DNA of 62,971 nucleotides from an uncultured Clostridia bacterium (GTDB lineage Bacteria; Bacillota; Clostridia; Christensenellales; UBA1242): NCBI GenBank assembly GCA_944348085.1, contig CALVMU010000004.1, positions 1 to 62,971 of the forward strand, read 5' to 3'. Shown piece by piece: positions 55,801 to 62,971 of this stretch (position 1 is its first letter; each line of letters starts with the position of its first letter). The notes under the pieces were generated by a model. It saw only the letters and a program-made list of their open reading frames with translations, ran no database searches and was not told where the DNA came from. The position numbers and the translations under genes were made by a program.

Positions 55801-58800
55801 TCATGCAGTGCTTTTTTGTCTTCTTCAGAAATAGTTGTAGGAAGATATGTGCCAATCAAACTGTCTATGCTTGATTCTGTATAGCCACCTTCAACAGCTT
55901 TTTGGAAATCTGAAATAAATTGTGAGCGCACGCCTTCTTCAACACCTGGAAGGAAGGATGAAATAAATCGGTCTTCCATTTCAGAGCGCCTTGTGGTTGT
56001 TTCACTCTCAATTTTTCTCATCTCGTTGCAAGCTTCATGTTGAATTTCTGCTTGATCAGAGTCAAGGAAAGGGGAGCGTGCAAAAGCTGTTTTCACTTTG
56101 GCTTTGTCTTCACCTGACAGAGAATCAAGATATTCATCAATTTTTCTTTGTCTTTCAACTGGGTCAGAAATCATGTTGAATTCTGTGAATTTTTGAAGCG
56201 TTTCTTCATCAGGTTCGCGTCCCATTGCTTCAGTATATCTTTCGGCATAATTTACAACTTCTTTTGCAATGCCATAATCGCCATAGTAACCTAAAAATTC
56301 GCTCGCAAAATCTTCGTCTCCAGCTTTTTCAACAAAGTCTGCCATTTCAGCGCTGTTTTCTTTAAAGTTTTGCTTGCCATGTTCACATTCATTGTCAAGA
56401 GATCTAAATTTTGAATATTTGTTGTCTCTCAAACCTTTGATTGAGCGATTTATAGTAAGTTCTGTGCCGTCTATTGCAATAAGCACTCCGCTTACAGCCA
56501 CAGCAGCAATTGCCAAAACGGCCAATGCACCAATACCTGTCAAAGCACATGCAACAAGGGCAAAGAATGCAACAAGAGGCATTGCTGTTTCGCCCCAGAA
56601 GGTTGTGTTGAGCTTTGGCTTCCAAGGTTTAAGGTCATCGTCTTCTTTCTTTTCTTCCTTTTTCTTTTCTGCGCCATCTTGTGAAGGCTTGTCTTCTTTC
56701 TTTTCAGCATCTTCTTTTGGTGTTTCTTTCGGCTTGTCTTCACTTGGTTTTTCTCTAGGTTTGACCTCGCTTGGTTTTTCACCTGGCTTTTCATCGCCTG
56801 GTTTTTCTTCGCCTGGCTTTTCTTCAGGTTTTTCATCACCTGGCTTTTCATCACCTGGCTTTTCATCACCTGGCTTTTCATCAGGTTTTTCTTCACCTAG
56901 TGCCGCAATAGCAGCAAGAATAGATTTTTTAAACTCTTCTAGGTCTTTTTTTGTGGCCAAGTCTTTTAAATCTTCTTTAGTGGATAACTTCTCAAGTTGT
57001 TTACTAATTGCTTTAAGCGCTTCAGAGTTAGTAATTTTTCCTTCTTCGACAGCTTTCTTTAAAGCATCCAATTTGCCATGTGTTTTTGTGATACCTGTCT
57101 TTAAGCCTTTAATTATCTGTTCTTGTTCTTCTATGCGTTTTTTAAGTTCAGCAATTCTACCGCTTGTTGCAGCCATTTCAGTTTTGAGATTTGTAAGTTC
57201 AGTTTTCATTTCTTGCAGAAGAGTATTATTAGCTTGCAACGTTGTAACAATAGCAGTCAAAGTGACTGTATAATCTTTATTAGGTGGCAATTTTTTGATT
57301 AAATCAAGCAACGCTTTAATATTATTGCTATTTTCAGTTATTTTTTCTAATATTTCTTTGTTTGTAGGGTTAGTGCTGAGTTGTTCTTTAATCCAAGTAA
57401 TATCGGTTGACAAGATAGCTATTTTTTCAATAATGTCTTTAAAACCATCAGGCAGTGAAATTTTTAGAATATTTGCATTTATTTCATCAAGTTTGTTTAA
57501 AATAGCAATAGTATTTTCTGATAAAGATTTTTTTAATTCATTAAAATTATCTTTAGTTTCTTCAGAGAACAAGTCAAGTTTTCCTTGTAAATCTGTTATA
57601 GAGCTACTAATTGTATTTAAGCTTTCAAAAATTTCTTTAAGGAAAGCATATTTTGTTTTATCTAGCCCATCTATCTTTTCAAGAATTGTTTTCAACAATT
57701 CTTCATGACCTTTCAAAGTAGTTAAGAGGTCTTCTTTTATTTTTAGTAAATCTTCTGCAGTGGCAACCTTGTTTAATTTATTAAAAATATCATTCATGCC
57801 ATCTGCTAATTTTCGAATCTCACTCAAAATTTCAGATAAATTTTCATCAGTTAATCCTGATAAGTTGTTTAAAATTTCATTAAGAAGAGTTGTATGTTTG
57901 TTTATAACTACTGATTGTTTCTCTTGTATTTTTAGTAAGTTATCCAACCTTGTTTTAATCTTGTCAAGTTCATCTGAATACTCTTTTTTGTCATTGTTTA
58001 AGATGGCAATGATTTGTTGTAAGAATATAATAGTTTGACTAGTTTCTTCATCTGTTTTATTTTGTTTTTTACTCTTATTTTTAGGCTTGATTGCGAAAGA
58101 ATAATTTGTAAGATTGTTAGGGGCGGCAGTATAAGCCACATAACCATTAAAATTTATCGCATCATAACCATTATCTTCAAAATGGTCATCCACAGATTCT
58201 GTTTTTTTTGAGAAAACACCTGAGTTTGATTCCTTGTTATTAAAATTTTCGTCAAGCGCGCCTAAAAGGTGAGCGCAAAGTTCTTTATCTTTAGGCAAAG
58301 CCAGTTTTATAGACTTTGACGATTTGCCTGAGCCTACATTTGCAACTAAAAATACTTCTTCATTATGCGAATATAGTGACAATCCTGCAAAACCAACTTT
58401 ATTCAAATTGTAATTTTTTATCTCAAAGCATTTGCCATCGTGATACAAATAATATTTTGGTTCCTGCTTGTTTTGCGTGTCGATTACAAAAGCATAATTT
58501 TGTTCTTCATAACTATAACTTATAAAAGTGTAGTTGCCGATTACTTTTCTAGTAAAAGGTTCTTTTGCATCTGCATTCAAAGCCTTGGTGGTAAGCGAAA
58601 AATATTCGCCTATAATAAAAGGAGGAATATCAGATAGCGTTTTATATTTTGGAGCTATGCGTTCAAAGAAAGCAGTTGTCATTTGAAAACTGTTGCCTGC
58701 AACTTTTTTATTATCAGAACTAGCTTCTTTGTTTGCTCCCAAATATGTTTTGCCTTTATATATAAACTGAATACTATCTGCATTGACCATACAAACTAGA

Positions 58801-59177
58801 GCTGGCGCATCTTTTCCCTTTTCAGTTTTAATAGTAAGGACAAGTTCTTCAAAATTTTTTTGCTCAAGTTTTACTGAATCAGAAGTTCTCCCTACAGTTA
58901 ATTCACCTGTCAAAAGAGCGCTTATCTCATTAGGCAATTCTTCATTAAAGTCGTAATCTGAAAGCGCAGCTACATTGAAGGTGAGAGTGCTTTTCTTTAA
59001 AGTAAGAAGGGTATTATTTCCTAATGCGGTTGTAACGGTAAGCGCTGCTTCGCTAGAAGTAGTCATAGAAACAGATTGCTCAATCTCTTTGCCGTTTTTG
59101 TTAATTTTATTGGTAATCATTATGTCTTTTACTGTTTTTGGTTTCTTTTTGCCAGCAGATGAAGATGATTTTGCCAT
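52809..59177 (-). CDS. Giant (2122 aa) charged, coiled-coil-rich protein with central hydrophobic hairpin; function unknown
   Basis: Uninterrupted ORF with an RBS-like GGAGGAAATATG start region. N-terminal ~390 aa mixed region, ~400 aa heptad-like Leu/Ile/Lys/Glu region, (P-G-D/E-E-K) repeats, a ~40-residue hydrophobic stretch (AMPLVAFFALVACALTGIGALAVLAIAAVAVSGVLIAI), then ~1200 aa charged helical region. Confidence 0.7.
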   Translation of the reverse strand: MAKSSSSAGKKKPKTVKDIMITNKINKNGKEIEQSVSMTTSSEAALTVTTALGNNTLLTLKKSTLTFNVAALSDYDFNEELPNEISALLTGELTVGRTSDSVKLEQKNFEELVLTIKTEKGKDAPALVCMVNADSIQFIYKGKTYLGANKEASSDNKKVAGNSFQMTTAFFERIAPKYKTLSDIPPFIIGEYFSLTTKALNADAKEPFTRKVIGNYTFISYSYEEQNYAFVIDTQNKQEPKYYLYHDGKCFEIKNYNLNKVGFAGLSLYSHNEEVFLVANVGSGKSSKSIKLALPKDKELCAHLLGALDENFNNKESNSGVFSKKTESVDDHFEDNGYDAINFNGYVAYTAAPNNLTNYSFAIKPKNKSKKQNKTDEETSQTIIFLQQIIAILNNDKKEYSDELDKIKTRLDNLLKIQEKQSVVINKHTTLLNEILNNLSGLTDENLSEILSEIRKLADGMNDIFNKLNKVATAEDLLKIKEDLLTTLKGHEELLKTILEKIDGLDKTKYAFLKEIFESLNTISSSITDLQGKLDLFSEETKDNFNELKKSLSENTIAILNKLDEINANILKISLPDGFKDIIEKIAILSTDITWIKEQLSTNPTNKEILEKITENSNNIKALLDLIKKLPPNKDYTVTLTAIVTTLQANNTLLQEMKTELTNLKTEMAATSGRIAELKKRIEEQEQIIKGLKTGITKTHGKLDALKKAVEEGKITNSEALKAISKQLEKLSTKEDLKDLATKKDLEEFKKSILAAIAALGEEKPDEKPGDEKPGDEKPGDEKPEEKPGEEKPGDEKPGEKPSEVKPREKPSEDKPKETPKEDAEKKEDKPSQDGAEKKKEEKKEDDDLKPWKPKLNTTFWGETAMPLVAFFALVACALTGIGALAVLAIAAVAVSGVLIAIDGTELTINRSIKGLRDNKYSKFRSLDNECEHGKQNFKENSAEMADFVEKAGDEDFASEFLGYYGDYGIAKEVVNYAERYTEAMGREPDEETLQKFTEFNMISDPVERQRKIDEYLDSLSGEDKAKVKTAFARSPFLDSDQAEIQHEACNEMRKIESETTTRRSEMEDRFISSFLPGVEEGVRSQFISDFQKAVEGGYTESSIDSLIGTYLPTTISEEDKKALHDIAKSTGTETEKGVKIRAYATEHSGQMRDKKVAEIKGELFGSDEKIESMTEFRKKLEPYQASAMDYAEKRQNLNQFVSDQDYFMVVQIFREEKDDTRKRALFDRYSDIITRKMLSQNKNPVVIIDKILEHLPEDMRDYAARKIQYQASKLDRSMALLHKDVYTAVKKTRELESVRTYAKAIYQSSQMKGKEENNPSFENASENVHDFMIRQDCSFGLTNANDLMNARSYQIVTGVTGRPEPTFGDMISDMLTSDPVQPALKDYHQAIENSGILDEIWEGYYASGKMPQGSEGNSFTSKAVNAHIRQAFIDQIVKREMDASTEEDFDKRVVTETKRRKELAEKSLDEILTEISKKYTDVDKFCAGDERLQAFNDILKQQKTLAEKVDESSNYENFASHLAEGVTTKKYITFKKDGKIELKKPIATYVSDFDKTHKKEGLSLKKHIESLENNDEKIAIINLLYKRILAAEKYDSLKDKPENPEENRDYQIYQTIDKIILGKMTGSLTQELIAEATRRNVTELSDDKALEEALKEYTDLGKVEKFTTEPDSLGKEAKEAKTMQDMIATLPRRIRVKIKQSMKKLRETHSKESTAKIFNMALKEVAQTEKLYTDKTIEEELKSRVPIVHGLDINSTEIETFEGRIDLEESAVRRASNRAYSTREDVLSGEIVEDEVKRTRRTIERNTFESDPLDSESILSKEEKKALAQKRELEQTERDFAMFKNIESLLQHSDYETFAQNLEKLTQLDETAIETFGLKEDVENAILNIQMLIGSVAITDDELRKKLGMTEEQVKQVREKLKKINLKNSSEKTVKEIGLSTKDLLNIRQVMSLIGKDDFDAEILRKLGLSEEQIKKLQSKLAYLPTNSDADFMRNAYFKDIADFVGEYKKLKLSHTGSAAELKEKLQAIWEKKSKKIKDKYDRKIKRDKEDVLKKENEIKKNDKDKKRKGGFFRRFARAVAKSDLADKKTGPAFADAMYANQQEAEDKRIKADIGKEEEEK
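56770..56895. repeat. 15-18-bp in-frame tandem repeats encoding (K/E)PGDEK units
   Basis: TCATCACCTGGCTTT repeated x3 perfectly at 56833-56877, flanked by degenerate copies. Confidence 0.8.
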
Positions 59178-59442
59178 ATTTCCTCCATAGATATATTAAT
59201 ATAATATAAGTATACTATATTGAAAGCGATAAGTCAAGATATTCAAAGGGTTTTCATCGGTTTTCTTTCTCTTTATTTTGGCGTAAAACTTGGCTATATT
59301 ATTTACATTTTTGACCTTAAAATGTCGAAAAATATATAAATATTTGCAAAATAGACAAAAATATAATTTTAAATGGCTATTTTTCTTGAAAAATTTGCTT
59401 TTTTTTGATAAAATGTTCTTGAAAAATTGTGAGGACTAAAAA

Positions 59443-62178
59443 ATGGGATTTTTTGGAAGCGATAAAGCACAGATAAAAAAACTTAAAAAAATTGCAGATA
59501 AAGTTATTGCTCTTGAAGAAAAATATAAGGCTTTTTCAAACGAACAACTTAGAGCCTGCACTGAAGAATTTAAAAATCGATATAACTCAGGCACGAGTTT
59601 AAACGACCTTTTGCCTGAAGCTTTTGCTGTTGTAAGAGAGGCTAGTGCGCGTGTTTTGAATATGCGTCATTTTTATGTGCAAATAATTGGCGGAATTGCG
59701 CTTCATCAAGGCAGAATTGCAGAAATGGCAACAGGTGAAGGAAAAACCTTGGTGGCAACTTTGCCTGCATACTTAAACGCAATTTCTGGCAAAGGCGTTC
59801 ATGTTGTAACGGTCAACGAATATCTTGCAAAGCGTGACGCTGAGTGGATGGGAAAGGTTTACAAGTTTTTGGGGCTTACTGTTGGCGTGACCTTAAACGA
59901 CCAAAAGCCAGAGCAAAAAAAGATTGCCTATGCCTCTGACATCACTTATTGCACAAACAACGAACTTGGCTTTGACTATCTTCGTGATAACATGGTGACA
60001 AATGCTTCAGGGCGCGTTCAAAGAGGGCTCAACTTTGCCATTGTCGACGAGGTTGACTCAATTTTGATTGACGAGGCGCGAACTCCACTTATCATAAGCG
60101 GACAGGGCGGAAAGTCGAGCGAAGGTTATCACAACGCGCAAAAATTTGTCAGAACACTCAAAAAAGATGAAGATGTTGAAATTGACATCAAAACAAAGCA
60201 GATAAACCTTACTGAAAGCGGAATAACAAAGGCAGAAAAGTTCTATAAAATTGAAAGCCTTTCAGATATTGAAAACCTTGAAACAAACCACTATATCAAC
60301 AACGCACTGAAGGCAAACTTTATCATGCATCGCGACGAAAACTATATCGTCAAAGACGGACAGGTTATCATTGTCGACGAGTTTACCGGTCGTCTTTCAC
60401 CAGGCAGGCGCTTTAGCAGTGGTCTTCACCAAGCCATTGAAGCGAAAGAAGGGGTTGAAGTTAAGGATGAAAACCAAACACTTGCAACCATCACTTTCCA
60501 AAACTTTTTCAGACTGTATAGCAAACTTTCAGGCATGACAGGAACAGCCAAGACAGAAGAGGGTGAATTTAGAACAATTTACAACCTTGACGTTGTCACA
60601 ATTCCTTCAAATCTTCCAAAAAAGAGAATTGACGAGCCTGACATTATCTATGTTTCTGAGCAAGGCAAAATCAAGGCAATCATTGAAGAGATTGAAAGAT
60701 GCTCTAAAAATGGGCAACCAGTGCTTGTGGGCACGATCAATATTGACAAAAGTGAGCTTATTTCAAAAGCATTGAAGGCAAGCAAAATCAAACACCAAGT
60801 TTTGAATGCCAAAAACCATGAAAAAGAAAGCGAAATTGTCGCTCAAGCAGGACGAAAAGGTGCTGTGACCATTGCCACAAACATGGCAGGCCGTGGAACA
60901 GATATTTTACTTGGCGGAAACCCTGAATTTATGGCTACCAAAAAGATGAGAGATAAGGGCTATAGCGAAGAAGAAATTTCATACGCTACCGCTTTCAACA
61001 CCATAAACGACGACAAACTCAACGCAGCGCGAGCTGTTTATCAAAAGTTCTATAACGAGTTTAAAGAGACGACTGACAAAGAAAAAGAAGAGGTTAGGGC
61101 GCTTGGCGGACTTCATATTATTGGAACAGAAAGGCATGAGTCCCGACGAATTGACAATCAGCTTCGTGGCCGTGCAGGAAGACAGGGCGACCCAGGCTCA
61201 AGCGTGTTCTTCCTTTCGCTTCAAGATGACCTTATCAGACGATTTGGCGGCGATAGGATGCAGAGAGTTGCCACAATTTTTAGACTTGACGATTCAACAC
61301 CAATTCAACTGAAAATTCTGTCAAAACAAATTGAAAACGCACAGAAAAAAATCGAGCTTCAAAACTTTGCTCAACGAAAATCGGTGCTCAAATTTGACGA
61401 TGTTATGAACAAGCAACGCGAAATCATCTATAAAGAGCGAAACATGGTTATTGACGGCGAACCTGTGCATGAACAAATTTTCAATATGATTCCTGATGTT
61501 GTTGCAAAGGCGGTCAACAATTGTGTTGATGACAATCAACCTTTCTATGAGTGGGATTTGAAAAAAATCAACTCTGAGCTTGAAAAAGGTCTTCTTCCAA
61601 AGGACAGCAACACAGTTGATGCCGAATTTGTTGAAGGTTGCGACCAAGCTGAATTTACAGAAAAAATTGTCAAAATTGTTGAAGAACGATACAAAGCACA
61701 AGAAAACCATGTCAAAGAGCTGGGTTATGATTTTGCAAGCGTTGAAAGATTTGTGCTTCTTAGAATGGTTGACTTTAACTGGATTGGGCACATTGAAGAC
61801 ATGCAGATCATGAAAGATGAGGTTTTGTCTCGTCAATATGGTCAACAAGACCCTGTGCTTGCTTACAAAAAAGATGGATTTGACCTTTTTGACAAGATGA
61901 TTGACCGAATCCGCGAAAACACTGTCAAAGTTTTGGTAAACACAAAAATCGAAGCCAAACAGCCAGAACAGCCACAGACGCCACAATATCAAGTCTATGT
62001 CACTGGCAAAGAACTGACTCCAGAAGAAAAGGCAAAAAAAGCTCAGCAAGAAAAGGCTAAGCATGCAGTTCAAAAGACGGTTGTAAATGACAAACCTAAA
62101 CTGACTCGAAATGATTTATGCTATTGCGGAAGCGGAAAGAAATACAAAAACTGTTGCTGGGACAAAGACCATAGATAA
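59443..62178 (+). CDS. secA: Preprotein translocase ATPase SecA
   Basis: 911 aa with MATGEGKTLVATLPAYLNA, DEVDSILIDEARTPLIISG, TNMAGRGTDI, and a C-terminal zinc motif CYCGSGKKYKNCC. Confidence 0.95.
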   Translation: MGFFGSDKAQIKKLKKIADKVIALEEKYKAFSNEQLRACTEEFKNRYNSGTSLNDLLPEAFAVVREASARVLNMRHFYVQIIGGIALHQGRIAEMATGEGKTLVATLPAYLNAISGKGVHVVTVNEYLAKRDAEWMGKVYKFLGLTVGVTLNDQKPEQKKIAYASDITYCTNNELGFDYLRDNMVTNASGRVQRGLNFAIVDEVDSILIDEARTPLIISGQGGKSSEGYHNAQKFVRTLKKDEDVEIDIKTKQINLTESGITKAEKFYKIESLSDIENLETNHYINNALKANFIMHRDENYIVKDGQVIIVDEFTGRLSPGRRFSSGLHQAIEAKEGVEVKDENQTLATITFQNFFRLYSKLSGMTGTAKTEEGEFRTIYNLDVVTIPSNLPKKRIDEPDIIYVSEQGKIKAIIEEIERCSKNGQPVLVGTINIDKSELISKALKASKIKHQVLNAKNHEKESEIVAQAGRKGAVTIATNMAGRGTDILLGGNPEFMATKKMRDKGYSEEEISYATAFNTINDDKLNAARAVYQKFYNEFKETTDKEKEEVRALGGLHIIGTERHESRRIDNQLRGRAGRQGDPGSSVFFLSLQDDLIRRFGGDRMQRVATIFRLDDSTPIQLKILSKQIENAQKKIELQNFAQRKSVLKFDDVMNKQREIIYKERNMVIDGEPVHEQIFNMIPDVVAKAVNNCVDDNQPFYEWDLKKINSELEKGLLPKDSNTVDAEFVEGCDQAEFTEKIVKIVEERYKAQENHVKELGYDFASVERFVLLRMVDFNWIGHIEDMQIMKDEVLSRQYGQQDPVLAYKKDGFDLFDKMIDRIRENTVKVLVNTKIEAKQPEQPQTPQYQVYVTGKELTPEEKAKKAQQEKAKHAVQKTVVNDKPKLTRNDLCYCGSGKKYKNCCWDKDHR

Positions 62179-62190
62179 GGAGGAAATAAT

Positions 62191-62852
62191 ATGAAATTTT
62201 CGGGGGGGGAAGACGAGCTCCTTTAAAATCGGAAAGCGAAAGGGTAATCAGTTTTGTTGATTTTGCAAGACAAAAACGGCTTAATCAAGAAGAAAATCAA
62301 AGCTCAAATATTGGCAGCGCGTTTTATAGTGGCTATGGCGCGGGACAACCTGAGCAAGAGGGTGAAGATGCTTTTCAAATGCAAGAAAATGAAGGTGGTT
62401 TAAGCTCAATGTTTGCTGGTCGCGACAATATTGGTGAAGAAAATCTTAAGCAAGACATGCAGTCTGCTGCAAAAATTGCTTCAGGCGACATGAAAGAGGC
62501 TGCAAAATATGCGATAAAAAAATGGAAGGCTTACAAAAATCTTCCACCTGATGTTAAAAAATTTATTGGCATTCGCTCTGCTATGCAAGGTCCAGTTGGA
62601 AAGTGTCCGCACTGCAATCAAAATTCAATCTATGCAAGCGGTCGCATGGGTGATGGCGTTCATAAAGCCTTGACGAGCATGATTGGCTTTCGCACAGTCA
62701 CCTATTATTGCATGAACAGAGATTGCGATTTTGCCTGGAATAAAGGCGGGCAATGTTATAGAAAAAGAACTTTTTCTCCACTTGACGAACGAGTTTTTAA
62801 AAAAGATGTTCTGACCTCAGAAAAAAAGCGCATATTTAGAATTGAAAACTGA
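62191..62852 (+). pseudogene. Zinc-ribbon protein gene interrupted by a G8 homopolymer frameshift (or phase-variable / sequencing artefact); downstream in-frame part 62379..62852 is the track ORF
   Basis: A strong RBS AAGGAGG and the ATG at 62191 open an 11-codon frame. The long frame is open from 62211 to 62852 but is +1 relative to the ATG. G8 run at 62202-62209. Cys motifs CPHC...C..C in the C-terminal half. Confidence 0.5.
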
Positions 62853-62971
62853 TTAAAACAAAATAAAAGCATAAAAATAAAAAAACTGGGCAAATTAACC
62901 CGTAGGGTTAAAACGGACTAATAATTAAAAAGAGAGTGATGCAAGAGCTTGTTTCCTAAATTGCATAGGGG

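Noticed and set aside
56374-57273. 299-aa plus-strand ORF, and other 60-140-aa plus ORFs at 52782-58637, opposite the giant gene
   Set aside because: These are mirror ORFs of a Lys/Glu-rich gene. They give Phe/Ser/Leu-rich low-complexity peptides with no RBS and are fully contained in the 2122-aa ORF.
61321-62073. 250-aa minus-strand ORF, and similar antisense ORFs at 9598-10083, 10819-11316, 27677-28201, 35152-35601 and 46481-46903
   Set aside because: All are embedded antisense in well-supported genes (secA, priA, gyrB, zot-like, ABC exporter), with AT-rich codon artefacts and no RBS.

Overview
AT-rich, Bacillota (Firmicutes)-type chromosomal segment read with the standard genetic code (long housekeeping ORFs are intact with TGA as stop). 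Core genes: a plus-strand block zupT-like/alr/rpoZ/priA/def/fmt/rlmN/rsgA/rpe. Minus-strand blocks: tmk/uvrC/hisS/helD-like/gyrA/gyrB and glnS/sigH/rlmB/mrnC/ychF, then a 2122-aa giant ORF divergent from secA. There are two tRNA-associated accessory regions. (1) A ~5.4 kb island beside tRNA-Val(TAC) carries a cI/Cro-type switch, a large serine recombinase, a sigma-like regulator and small unknown ORFs. (2) A ~13.9 kb element is integrated in the initiator tRNA-fMet gene between perfect 45-bp direct repeats. It has a tyrosine integrase, an XRE switch, a phiX/Ff-type HUH rolling-circle Rep, a Zot-like P-loop ATPase and Ff-like gene order, so I read it as an inovirus-like (filamentous ssDNA phage-like) prophage. 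It is followed by the decayed remnant of a second related element. Signals that the ORF track does not explain: a promoter- and terminator-bounded ~65-nt structured RNA present in three copies with compensatory base changes; ~105-bp tandem units (terminator plus degenerate tRNA 3' portion) at both tRNA loci; a compact four-way-junction leader in front of glnS; a hairpin/iteron/DnaA-box-rich intergenic region in the prophage; a G8 tract splitting a well-initiated ORF; a DnaA-box cluster; and a leader peptide upstream of an ABC exporter. No CRISPR array or rRNA was seen. All functional calls rest on motif recognition by eye, because no database searches were possible.
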